Assembly: GCA_000934665.2 (NCBI GenBank)
Contig: KZ538424.1
Coordinates: 1 to 64,000, forward strand
Length of the DNA stretch: 64,000 nt
Source: Catajapyx aquilonaris
Lineage: Eukaryota
Direction of reading: 5' to 3'
Shown: positions 38,776-50,319 of the stretch, one piece after another
Layout of the letters: each line of letters begins with the position of its first letter
Numbering within the stretch: position 1 is the first letter of the stretch
Position numbers and translations under genes: made by a program
Notes under the pieces: model-generated
The model's database searches: none
What the model was told of the DNA's origin: nothing
Seen by the model: only the letters and a program-made list of their open reading frames with translations

Positions 38776-40418
38776 GTTGATATCTGCTATATTCAAATGA
38801 TTGTTTCTCTTGTATGGACCTGATAATCATTGCATTAAGGTGAGAGAGTATGTGTATAAATGTGTATGGTAATATAACTGGCCTGAAATGAATTATTCCT
38901 ATTTCAGCATCACGGGAAAACTTCTTGGAGATGTCCTGTTGGAGAAGCCGCAGCTTCTAGTAGACTTTAGGTCTGAGTTTATGGGTTTTCTTGCCAAGCC
39001 CAATAATAATTTTACATTCTGCCAGGAATTGTATGGTGCTTCTTTACAAAGTTTGGGAGAATTTGCAAGCTGTCAATTGTCTGGGTAAGTTCAGGTAATG
39101 GTGACTCACAAAATATGAGCACAGAATAAGTGTAGGCCTAAGAATTCAAGATTGATAATTTTATACAGGGTAGTACATAGCCCAAACGAACTCCTTCAAC
39201 ACTGGGCCATGGTAAAACATGATTGATTACTTACAGCTTTGCGTGTGAATTTCCACTGGATCCTGTACAATTGGAACAAGTAATCAATCACGTTTACTCC
39301 CACCTCACTATTAAAGATGTTTCCTTGGCCAGTGTACCAGCTTGTATAAAAGCAGAATAAGTGTTCCTTATATAAAAACTACAAACCTGATTGCACACTG
39401 TAAAATTTAGGGGTTGTTGTAGCCACAAAAATGTAAAAAAATACTCCAGCTATGTTCGACATGACAGAGACGAATCCCCCAGATGTGCACATCTCCCATC
39501 AATGAGGCAGGTGCAGGATGCTGCTTGTGTTGTGGTGGTGATTGATAATAATGAGCAGATGATGTCAGGCTGCACCAAGCAACCTGGCAGATATATGAAT
39601 TGCCAAGAGTGCATTGGTTCTTATTTGTGTGAGAATGACAATCTTACATGGAGTAAGGTTTAGCAAGTATTAGAGCTACAACACCTCTCACGATTATCTT
39701 TCTAGCAAGACAGTTAGAATTTCTTGTCTTTGGTCTAAGCCTATGGCAAACTGAACAGTCCCACTCTTTTAGATTCACATAGCCTGGGGCGAGTGGGGGT
39801 GGGATCATCCCTCTCTTGCTTCCAGGCTTGATCTGGGATCCACATGCCTGTACAGGGTGTTCAAAGTATATTAGTACTTTTAGTTATAGGTAACGTTGCT
39901 TGAAGCTGTTATATTTTGTAGCTTGTGGCACATGGGTTCGTGGCATAGAGTAAATACCAATACGTTTGATATAAGATGCAGGGGCAATGGAATACTTTCA
40001 TGAACTTGGGAGAGTACTATGAACTTCACATGAGTAAAGAGTAGAGCAGTTAATAAGTCCATACTTTGGAACAATAACTTTTAATGTGTTATAAAAAATA
40101 ATGGCTGCTAATATCAGGTTCAGTTAGTTACATATTTTTTCTAACCACTGCAGGGTGTCTAAGTCTCCCACAAAGTTGGGTAGCCTATGTGCAGTGATCA
40201 CATATCACAGGGTTCTGAATGGGCCATTAGCAATTCTTCATTTCCAAAATTCATTGTAATTCAGAGCCTGAAGGGATTATTACATTCAAACTACTCTTAC
40301 CAGCTCATATTCTGATAGTCTGTAAAATTAAATGCCCTAAAATGGCTTGGTAATAAGATTTTGTGAATGAGAAATTTTCCAATGAAAGAGACTTCAATTT
40401 TATTGGAACACACCATAT

Positions 40419-40645
40419 GAGGGGTTGGGTGCAAGAATGGCCCATCCAGCACTGATGAGCGAAAATGAGATTTTTCTGCTATTGTGTAGCTACTAGATGC
40501 AAAACCTTCCCGAGTTTGGATGGGTCCTGGTACCTTTAAAAAATATATTAGTTACTTCCAGGATGTAAGGAGAACTTCCCACAGTACAACTTTATTTCTC
40601 AAATTGCACTTTGTGTGGATGGATCCTTCTTGCACCCAGCTCCTC
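40419..40645. mobile_element. MITE with GAG termini and 4-bp TSD ATAT (Sola2-like)
   Basis: GAGGGGTTGGGTGCAAGAA / TTCTTGCACCCAGCTCCTC. Confidence 0.7.
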
Positions 40646-41470
40646 ATATATTTGACCTAAAATGATAGTAGAAATTATTCCCAAGATATTTTCCAGGGAA
40701 CTTTGAAATTACAGTATTATAATATCACTGACACTCCATGTAACATTTGTGAAGTCAATCCTCCAATGGCTAATTGGATTGGTGTAAAATGAGAATTCAT
40801 TTTTATTTATTAATATTAATATGCTGCAGGGCCAGCTTCCGCATAAACATGACTCAGCTGAACTATTATTTTCAGGGAGCCAGCAGGTTTGAAAACATTG
40901 CAAGGATACTTCAATGTTCTGTAGTGCTCTATGCTTGAACTCCTAAACTGGCCTATGACAGAAGTGAAATGGGAAATGCTGGATATGTTTGCTGTGACAC
41001 CCACAAGGGTAAGATGCATATTTCTTAAAACATATGTGACATTGACAAAGCCATTTCAATAGATGGCAGCAAGACATCATGACGTAATTCACAGGACAAT
41101 GTTGTGCTTGAATAAAATTGTTCAACACATGTCAAGAACATACACAGAGCATGAGTACCCAGAGGCAGCCAAGGAAATAGTTGAATTGCGGGTGACGGAT
41201 TTCTTGTCTCTTCTCAAAGACCCAAGGTAGGTACATGATTTGGCCATCACAAACAAGTTCACCTGTATATAATGGCATCTATCCTCCACCCACCTCTTTT
41301 GAACAGCATTGCAACAATGGTGTTTTGCACGTAATTTCACTCCCTGGCTGACTGCAGGCATCATAACTACTATTATTGGTAAGAATGGTTTTATGTCTTT
41401 GTACCGTACTCAACCTAAAAGTATCTAACATTGTTGATATTGCATAAGTACTGTGTGAGGGTTGCTAATT

Positions 41471-41922
41471 TTTTGTTTGTTTTGTTTTACCCCATTGGAG
41501 GGAACGAAGCCCTTTTAGGGGGGGTGGATTACCACCATTTTTTCTTACGAATTTTCTTTCGAAATTTTTCTCTCTGGTGCAGGTATCAGGATAGGGATTT
41601 ATGAAGAGGGGACACTGGTTCAAGTGTGTTGCCTTTATGTTGGGGGTAGTGTGCAGTCCCCCAGGGGGTCAGGTTGCAAGACACCCCCTAGGTGTGGGTT
41701 GGAAACTCCCCACCGACACTGCACCTCCCCATGGATAGGTCAAGGATAGGAAAGGAAGGGGGCTGGTGTGGCCTATTGTTTACAGAAGTGACCCGGAGTT
41801 TTCCTGGGAGGACCGTGGGAAACCACAGAAAACCACGATCAGGATCCCAGGCCCTGGGACTCGAACCGAGGACCTCCCGATAAGCAGTCGCGCGCCTTAT
41901 CCACTCCACCAACCTGCTTCGG
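41471..41922 (-). mobile_element. SINE-A-related element with a longer, different 3' tail, specific to duplication copy 2
   Basis: Family-A head at 41745-41922; flanks GGTT(G/C)CTAATT; empty site at about 27158-27168. Confidence 0.75.
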
Positions 41923-42214
41923 TTCCTAATTATGGGGTGGTCAAGTTATGTAATGCCAACCACATCACTAGCGATAAATTTTGAATTTATTGCTGCACAT
42001 GCAATCAATTGAAAGTTATTTACAAAGCCCCCTTTATAGGAATCTAAGCAAACTTCACAGTACCACGCCTCTTTTTACTTCCTTTAATAACTTTCCAATC
42101 AATTTAGAGTCTGTTGATTTGGACTCATTTGATTCAGGGACCATAAAGTGGAGAAATAAACATGGATTTACCTTACATACAGTAGCAGTATGTCACATAC
42201 AATTTGCCCCTTCA

Positions 42215-44221
42215 CTACTTCAAATAGCCGTGCTGTAGGATGTGATATATTGTTGCTGATAGTGATCTTGGTTCATTTTGTAGCGCTGCTGGTACTCTCT
42301 TTTTTCTCATGTGATGGCCCACAATTAGTTCCACTATAAAACTGATGCAAGATGATCCAAGCCCGAAGAAAAGCACCAAAAAACTTCCAAAAAAATTTGC
42401 TGCCGCCAGAACAACAACACCATCTTCTGCTGATTCTTCCTCTTTGGCTTCTCCTTCATTTTGCCTCTTCTCTTTTCCTCTCTGTATTGTTGCTTCTTGA
42501 TTCATTTTCTCCCATTTCTGCACCATTCCTCTGTCTAGAATGGTTTGAAATATTCGGTTCAAGGTTGCTTTGTAGGCAGCATTTTTTGGGACGCCCCAAC
42601 TAAGTCCAACACGAAAAGATTCTGGAGGGGCCAAGTACAATGGGGTGAGGCCAAAACGATCAGTGTACTTTTCTTTGACTGCATTTATAAATGAACCTTG
42701 GTAAATCATGCAAGCGTACTTGGGGTTCTGCAGAACTAGATCCAGGCACTCGAATTTGTCCTTGATGAGTTCCATCCGATTAGCTAGTGTCTGATAGGTT
42801 GGATTTACTGATTCCTTGAGGAGTGTATATAAAGCACCTCCATCGAAATGTAGTGCCCACCTGAAGTCTGATCTTGCGAGGGCCTCAAAGTTTGGGAGGG
42901 GTGCATCAGCTATTGGGGATGTGAGGACTGTAATCAACTTGCTCTTGTATGCAGCTACAATCACAATAGAGAAGAGCCACCAGAAACCAACAAACACTCG
43001 GCATGCAATTTCCAATTTTGTATCATCAGTCCCTTGTTCAAGCAATGCACCATAAGTGAAACTAACAGAGTAGTGTATAAAAGCACTTTTTTTTGCATGG
43101 CTTTTGAGTAAGCAATGTTCCCACACAAGAAGAAAATTGAAAATGGGCCCCACTATCAAGGATGTGATCCCAATTGCTACCCACATTTCAGTTGTGTATG
43201 GCCACACCACTGCTTCCCACCGAAGACTCTTGACAGGAAAGGTAGTTGAAAATGAGAGGTACTCATAATGTAAGGAGGTGGTGAAATCAATCGCATGATA
43301 ACGTTGGTATGTGACACCCACTCCTAAAGATAAATCAGCCCTGTTATGATAGATTTCACCAACCATGCCAACCCATGTTCCATTTGGATTCTTTAAGCCA
43401 AATGCATCGGTGTTATTGAGAATGTAAGTGAAATTGAGAGCTTTAGACACAGATTCTACCACATACTTGTGGACGCCAGTAGTGAGAATGTACTCATCAC
43501 CTCTCTTTTCACATTCAACAACGAAAGAGTCATTTTTCATGATGAGGCGTAGGCGGGCACCACTAAATGTCTGAGTGAAATCAGGAAACAAGTTCCACTG
43601 TGGGTCACTCATAACTGCACTACCATTGAAACTACCAACATGCATCTTCTTGGACTGTCCTTCATTGCAGAAGCTGCATGAAGTTAAAAGATTCACTTTG
43701 GTATCATCCTCATCTGCAGTCACAATTGTTGCCTCCAGCTTATACCGTAAGAGTCGAATTTGCTTTATATCCAGAACCTGTGCACCAGATTTGAGGTTCC
43801 GATTCCAAAATATAAATCGTTGATGTTCAGGGTAAAACTTGATCATCTCATGACCTGCGTCCATCAGATTCTCCAAATTTGCAATATCTGAGATAAAGAT
43901 GTTTGCCATGCAATGGGATGCCACTTGGTTGACAGGAAAAGTTATCTCAGCCTCACTGTAACTTTTCACTTGGGGTGTTCTGATAATGAGGAAAGGACGG
44001 AAGCAGGAGTTCATTTCTTGGATGAGGTTAAGGAATGGTTGGGGTAAAGATTGGTAGTCATGAAGGAAGAAAGGACTGCACTCAGGGATCTGGTCCAAGA
44101 GGAGGACAAACAATGTGTTTGCCATAGTCACTTCAGGAGAACTGACCAACACATTGTCTACTTTTGGCATGTCTGACTTGCAACTCACAATAAGAAATAA
44201 GCATACTGCTGCTGTCAGCAT
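42215..44221 (-). CDS. Divergent ionotropic receptor IR-2, intronless, 668 aa; recent paralogue of IR-1 (about 90% aa identity by eye)
   Basis: Uninterrupted ORF, collinear with IR-1, with the same S1/M1/pore/S2 motifs. Confidence 0.93.
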   Translation of the reverse strand: MLTAAVCLFLIVSCKSDMPKVDNVLVSSPEVTMANTLFVLLLDQIPECSPFFLHDYQSLPQPFLNLIQEMNSCFRPFLIIRTPQVKSYSEAEITFPVNQVASHCMANIFISDIANLENLMDAGHEMIKFYPEHQRFIFWNRNLKSGAQVLDIKQIRLLRYKLEATIVTADEDDTKVNLLTSCSFCNEGQSKKMHVGSFNGSAVMSDPQWNLFPDFTQTFSGARLRLIMKNDSFVVECEKRGDEYILTTGVHKYVVESVSKALNFTYILNNTDAFGLKNPNGTWVGMVGEIYHNRADLSLGVGVTYQRYHAIDFTTSLHYEYLSFSTTFPVKSLRWEAVVWPYTTEMWVAIGITSLIVGPIFNFLLVWEHCLLKSHAKKSAFIHYSVSFTYGALLEQGTDDTKLEIACRVFVGFWWLFSIVIVAAYKSKLITVLTSPIADAPLPNFEALARSDFRWALHFDGGALYTLLKESVNPTYQTLANRMELIKDKFECLDLVLQNPKYACMIYQGSFINAVKEKYTDRFGLTPLYLAPPESFRVGLSWGVPKNAAYKATLNRIFQTILDRGMVQKWEKMNQEATIQRGKEKRQNEGEAKEEESAEDGVVVLAAANFFGSFLVLFFGLGSSCISFIVELIVGHHMRKKRVPAALQNEPRSLSATIYHILQHGYLK

Positions 44222-44954
44222 ACTGCTGCTGTCAGCATTATAGCTGGCACACTGTCATTAGTTGTAACAGGTCAATAAGAATTTTACACTGCACTAACAA
44301 ATATTAAGAACTTATTATAGGTTTAAAAACATGATGAATTACCAGCACGCTTATGTCCCACCTTTACAGACAGAAAGAGGCAGATACACATTTGTTTTCC
44401 TTTTATTAAGAAACAGACCATTAGGAAGGTCATTAAGATTTAAATGGCTATTACAATTCAGTGAAGAATGTGATATCACCAGTCATGCTCTGACAGAGTG
44501 ATTAGGGAAAATGAATGTTACAAATCATATGTGGACAGCTTTCCAATTGCATGGGAAGGTTGTCATCTACTATGGATTGACATGAAATTGAAAGATGGAT
44601 TAGATTTAATCTGCCTTTGCTAACCAAACTAAACACTATATCCTTGGAAACCTCCACTGGAATACCAATCAATATTACGATGACCCACATTCCTATAAGG
44701 ATGAAACAAGGGTCATGCATATAGGAGACCTGTCTATCATTGCCCATGAAGAATGCAACAGGCTCTGCCTGTAACGTTAATATTTAATTGTTCCATTCCT
44801 CTGTGACAGATTCGTGCAGATAGTTATCATATTAGATGACCCATCTCACGCAATGCAATGGCTTGATTTTTTGTTAGATTTGTACCACTGCGGGTGTACT
44901 TATAACTTGAGCAACTTGCTTATATAAGTTGTTAATTTTTTGCATTAGTATTGT

Positions 44955-45211
44955 AATTCTCCCGTCCCAAGGCAAAAGTCACTATATGCAGTTTTGCCCG
45001 AAAATGAGTTACACATGCAGCGTGAACGGCAGCATGAAGGCGCACATATAGCCTTTTTGCCATCGTCCTCCCACAATCCTACGCCGAGCAAAACGGGTGG
45101 CAAAATGGCGTGTGGCATGTGGCAAAGTGTGGGGAAAGAATGGAAATTATTTTTTCCTGTAAAATTACCGAAACAGCATATTAGTGGATTTTGCCTTGGG
45201 ACGGGAGAATT
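44955..45211. mobile_element. MITE, same family as 38514-38775
   Basis: AATTCTCCCGTCCCAAGGCAAAA / TTTTGCCTTGGGACGGGAGAATT. Confidence 0.85.
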
Positions 45212-47374
45212 AACAATAGTACAGGCAATTTGTTTGAATGTGACTAAAGTGACAATGTTTATCCACTCTGACGGCCCAAGTCACAACCCTGTATCTTGCC
45301 TTTTTGTCATTTCGAGATATTCGCGTTTGAAGTTTTTTGTTTCCATTATCGTATTGAGGAGCTTGCCAGTAAATCCAGATAAATCCACTCCGGGTCGAAA
45401 ATAATCTGGATACGCTGGAGACATGCTCCACCCAATGCCTTTCTATTGTCATGAAGTTGCAAGTGAAACCAGACATTTACACCGAATGCGAGCCGTGGGA
45501 AAATTGCCCTTTCAAGCAGACCCGGTTATATCCGAAAGTGGTTTCCAAGCAAAAACATATAAATCAAGCGCACATAAAGCTAATCCCATAATTTTAATGC
45601 AAGATCAGATATGTCCATTTTTGGCGGTGCCATGCCTCAACAATCACCATACCAATATATGGTGATTCTTGAGGTGGGGCATTGTTAAATGATGGATATA
45701 TACAATTGTTTCTGCAATCATAATGGCAACCCCTATAGCATACTGCACATCTAGTTTCCAAGCAAAAGCAAATTAGTCTTAATTCACATGCAAAATCAGA
45801 TGTATCCATTTCTAACAATGCCCTACCTCCACAATCACCATACATTGAAGTAAAACAATTGTGTCTACATAATGGCAACCCCTGTAGCATACTGCACATG
45901 ACAACTTCAATCTCACTTTTGCCACCAGAATTGAGAAATCACTTATTGGCTCTTCCTGAAAAATTGCAAATTGTGGATTTATCTGGATTTGCTGGCAAGC
46001 TCCTCGTATATGGAAGTGTATAATTTCAATTGGCCAAAACTTTGTAATGGTTGCTCCTGCAGTTACGGGCTTTGTAACAACAGGTGTGGCTTGCAAAGAG
46101 GAGTGCAGTGATGCATTTATCTCAATTTACGTGATTTTCGAAGATACTGGGCCGTCAGAACTGAAGCTAAACAATTGAAAGTGTTTCTTTTGTTTGGTGA
46201 TTTTGACAGGAGTTCCTCATGTCACAAACAGTCATTGTTGATAATTATTTTACCTTTTGGCATTTACATACTCTTCCAATGAGACTAACTTACTAAGATA
46301 GTATAGCATGGTTGGAATAAGGACTTAATCTTTGCTGAAGAGTTCACATTTGGGAACGGGGACCAACACATCATTCACTGCATTGGTAGCAGTTGAAAAC
46401 AGTATGAGTAGGAGACAGTATCTATTGGCTGCTAAAATTTTATAATCATTTAAAAAATACTCATCTGCATGACACTTGATGGATAACTCCTATGTGGTTA
46501 TACTCTGTTGTATTAATAGTGAGCAGATTTTTAGGCACCATACTTATTCATATCAAAAAACCTACTGCATGTACACTGTACAGTATATGTTCAGAATTGG
46601 CTCTTAAAAGAGGCAGAATCAATCGCAGTTATAGGTATGAATATTTAGTCAACATCCAATTATCAAGACCTTCATTCTTTCAGGAGGGGGAACTTATCTC
46701 TACTTTGGACTTAATTACACGGGCTCTTGGTTCTGCAAATTAAACCATTGCAACAGGTGAAAACTAAGTATGTAACTTACCACTGACATGAAAATAACTT
46801 TTATGATTTTGAGCACTCTTTGTTATTGCAGTCACATAACATCTAATGTGCCATACTTTTGCAAAACAACGCATCTAAACATAGTGGTAAGGTTAGGTAG
46901 GTTGCTTGGAAACTCAACCTTACCGCCATGTATACAGATGAAAATTATTTTTCGAAAATTTAGCAGTAATGTCCGTGGAATACTCAGAAATATCAATACA
47001 TTTTGCTTGTTTTAACAGCATTGTACATTTTCGATGGGCATTTCATAGGTGTGTGAGAATATAATTATGAAATCTGCTTAATTTTAGTTAAACTTGCTTA
47101 TTGATCCCAGAAACACATCAGCCAAGACACTGTCAGAGGCAACGGCATGTTGCTCCTATAGCTTTAATAATATATTCTCTACTTGGTCAAATATGAATGG
47201 TCATCAAAATTTCAACACGATAGGGAACACAAGACAATATGATACTGCTCTAGGAAAAAAAATGACAAAAATTGGAATTGAGGTATACCATATTTGAGAA
47301 AATTCAAATTCAAATGTCCAGTTTTCCAAAGAATATTCCAAGCAGTGTATTCAAAATCGAAATTTCTGATGATG

Positions 47375-47969
47375 TAGGGTAAACTGTACAGTGATGGCCC
47401 GCCCTACAGTGATGGCCCACTGCGTCTTGGTTCTTTAAGAAATAAGCAGTGTAAATGCCTTACCATGAAAAAGGGACCATGTTGTGACACCTTGTGACAC
47501 CTTGCAGAACCCTTGGCTTGAACCTCACAAACAGACCTGCGGCTCATGTAGGATAAACCATACTGTGAATCTGTGACGGCTAGTTTCTACAACCTGCATG
47601 CTTTTGTGTGGATTTATCTCATGTCAGTTACGCATACGGTCCTAATACCAATGGTCCCAACTGTCCTTAGGTTCCTATTGTACATGTCCTATTGTTTTGC
47701 TGTGGTGGCAGTCACTATCTTGGCACCTGGCCAGTATCATTTGTAGGATTCGCCATTACTGTCTTTTAAGCAGTATATTTTGTGCATTTAAATATACGCA
47801 CACATGCTGACAGATTTAAATGAATTTGATGGAATGTGAACTAGCAAATCCTCTGTTATTAGATAAACATTTTAGAAAATTTATGCAGAAAGAAATTCTG
47901 GGGGTATTCATGTATTACTCTGACCAATAGGCCTACGCTAAACTGGCCATCACTATGCAGTTTACCATA
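47375..47969. mobile_element. TA-flanked MITE
   Basis: TAGGGTAAACTGTACAGTGATGGCC / GGCCATCACTATGCAGTTTACCATA. Confidence 0.65.
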
Positions 47970-48297
47970 TGTCCCGTCCTTGCACTTTTACAATGCATTT
48001 ATGTAAGCTCTTGTACGGCTATTTATGTACTATTATTAGGAAAATACAGTATTGCGACTGTTCAGAAACTGTGCACCATCTTATCAAAAATTCCACTTTC
48101 CCCAGTACAGTTATTTTGTTGAAACAATTTATTTCAGATGAATGCCTATAGGAACATTAGTTTAGAGTGGAGTACTTTCCCTTTAAAAAGCTTGAATTAT
48201 ATTTGACAAACAAGGACTAATCTTGGTACAACTTGTTCAGATTAATTTTTCCTAATTATGCATTTGCCAGTGATGGTGCAGGTGGGGATAATTATTA

Positions 48298-50319
48298 TTA
48301 CCATAGGAAGTGATAACCTTGGGCCAGCTGTTTTGACTTAGATTGATTTAGATCCAATGGATGTACATGAACTATTACTTGAGTGGGAATCTGATTATCC
48401 TTTTTTCTACCATAGTATTTACTAACAATCAGCTCACAGAGGAGGGTTATTATTCCAAACCCTGAACCTATGCCCAGGATGAGGAATGGTCCAAGCAGGT
48501 GAGTCAAACTAATTGGCGTCGGACTCTCATCAGTTAGTACTGGTTCTATCACCTTACCTGTTGCCTTTTCGAATTCTTTCCCTTCTGCTCGAGCCTCTTC
48601 AAACATATTTTTTTTCCACTTGGCTATCAGACCTGCTCCCACTGCATAGTAAGAAACCCTCCGTAATGTTTCCTTATAGGGAACTCCTTTTGGGACACTC
48701 CATGCTGTCAGCAATGGAAATGTCACATCTTCTGACTTGTACACTATACTGTTTTCAAATTTATCTGTAAATTTCCTATTGACCATCAGTTCAATCAGGG
48801 AGACATAGGCAATGCAGGCAAACTTGAAATCTAGGACATGCTGTATGCATTTAATTGGGTCTGTTTCTAATTCTAGCCTGGAGAACAGCTTTCGGTACAC
48901 AGGGGAATCAGATTCTTTAAGTATAGTATAAGAGGCTCCCCCATCAAATTGCAGAGCCCACCTGAAATCTGTGGTAATTAATTCTTCAAAAGTTTCAATA
49001 GGTGGATCAGCAAATGGAAATGCCAGGAATGTTATCAACTTGCTCTTATATCCTGCTACCAAGACAACAGTATATAGCCACCAAAGTGCAGAGTACATGC
49101 GTGCAGATGACAGTTCTGGTACGTCCGCATCTTGCTCTAGAAATGTCATATAAGCATAATCGTATGATGCAGCCAATGAGAAATTTATCTCCTCATCTCT
49201 GAGATATCTCTGTCTAAGACGCATGATGAAATAGAGCGTAGGTCCTCCCAAAACCACAGAAGCAAATATCAATCCCCACATTTCAACAGTGTAAGGCCAT
49301 GCTATAGCTTCCCATCGAAAAAAAGCTAGTGGATAAGCTGTAACATACGAAAGAAACTCTATGGTGTAACACTGAGTGTAATCAATTACAACTGACCGTT
49401 GCATAGTGATACCAAGTCCAGTGGAAAAGTCTGCATATCCTCTGTAAACTTCACCAACCATTCCAGTCCAAGTTCCATTATCTGCTTTTAAACCGAAACC
49501 TCTGTCAGCAGGTTGGTACACACGGATCTTGAAATTGAGTGCCTCTGCCACTGACTCCAGAAATGGCTTGTGAAAACCACCTTTCAGTATGGTCTCATTT
49601 CCCACTTCATAGCTCTGAATGAGCCATTCAACTGGTGTTAACACAACTCGCATAAGTTTGCCTTCAAAATTAAGGGTGAAGTCTGGGAAGAAAGGTGCTT
49701 TGGCCACTAATTTGTCGTTCTTGTAGGTGTCAATGGTAACAATATCTTCTCCACCACCGTTGCAGTAAAAGCAGAGGGATTGAAGCAAGATATCATTCCT
49801 ACCTTCAGCTATAAATGTTGCTGCCAATTTGAATTTAAATTGGCGTAGTACAGGGTGGTAAAGAAAATCTACACTTGATCCATTTCTGTGCCACAGGAAG
49901 TAGTAGTGGACATCATGTTTCAATTTTGTGACTTGCTTCGCCTGCCTAACCAAAGCTCGCAGGTTGTGCATGTGACACATCAGAGCGTAGATGGTGCATT
50001 GAGTGCACACCTGGGGAGCAGGTGTACTGCGGAAGATGGTGTGTGAAGAATTGGAATATCTTGAAAGGATCAAGAAGTTTTTGTAGGAATCTTGCAACAT
50101 GGGGATACGGGCAGCCAAAAATGGGGGTATGTGAGTTTCGTAATCGTGAAGCAACACAAGAAAACAATCATCCATTTTCCGATTCCAGATGTGCTTTGTC
50201 AGGAGTTGAATCACTGTTTTGTCACGTGTGGCATTGGGCCAAGTGTTCTCTTCCTGAATCACCACAGTTGATACCACAATATGTAACATGCCAGCAAAAA
50301 TGATAATAGTACCACTCAT
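48298..50319 (-). CDS. Divergent ionotropic receptor IR-3, intronless, about 673 aa
   Basis: Signal peptide; DNGTWTGMVGEVYRGYADFSTGLGITMQRSVVIDYT; WPYTVEMW; FLEQD; WWLYTVVLVAGYKSKL. ATG at 50319. Confidence 0.93.
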   Translation of the reverse strand: MSGTIIIFAGMLHIVVSTVVIQEENTWPNATRDKTVIQLLTKHIWNRKMDDCFLVLLHDYETHIPPFLAARIPMLQDSYKNFLILSRYSNSSHTIFRSTPAPQVCTQCTIYALMCHMHNLRALVRQAKQVTKLKHDVHYYFLWHRNGSSVDFLYHPVLRQFKFKLAATFIAEGRNDILLQSLCFYCNGGGEDIVTIDTYKNDKLVAKAPFFPDFTLNFEGKLMRVVLTPVEWLIQSYEVGNETILKGGFHKPFLESVAEALNFKIRVYQPADRGFGLKADNGTWTGMVGEVYRGYADFSTGLGITMQRSVVIDYTQCYTIEFLSYVTAYPLAFFRWEAIAWPYTVEMWGLIFASVVLGGPTLYFIMRLRQRYLRDEEINFSLAASYDYAYMTFLEQDADVPELSSARMYSALWWLYTVVLVAGYKSKLITFLAFPFADPPIETFEELITTDFRWALQFDGGASYTILKESDSPVYRKLFSRLELETDPIKCIQHVLDFKFACIAYVSLIELMVNRKFTDKFENSIVYKSEDVTFPLLTAWSVPKGVPYKETLRRVSYYAVGAGLIAKWKKNMFEEARAEGKEFEKATGKVIEPVLTDESPTPISLTHLLGPFLILGIGSGFGIITLLCELIVSKYYGRKKDNQIPTQVIVHVHPLDLNQSKSKQLAQGYHFLW

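Larger units (their letters stand above)
38132..41334 (+). pseudogene. AP5Z1: Duplicated 3' half (last six exons) of AP5Z1, disabled
   Basis: Exon copies at 38132-38318 (+5-nt frameshift, GTACC repeated), 38376-38847 (MITE insertion plus AATCGA>AAATGA stop), 38908-39084, 40876-41008 (GAG>TAG at 40922), 41063-41226 and 41307-41334. No 5' exons or promoter are present. Confidence 0.9.
38092..44956 (+). repeat. Segmental duplication copy 2 (AP5Z1 pseudo-exons, IR-2 and upstream region)
   Basis: Starts AACTCCGTGTTTTTT (vs AACTCCATGTTTTTT at 22741). 44722-44956 matches 35994-36230. Confidence 0.9.

Noticed and set aside
38132..41334. Duplicated AP5Z1 exons as alternative 3' exons, with IR-1 nested in an intron
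   Set aside because: The duplicate has a frameshift, two stops and a MITE, and the first copy already completes the ORF.
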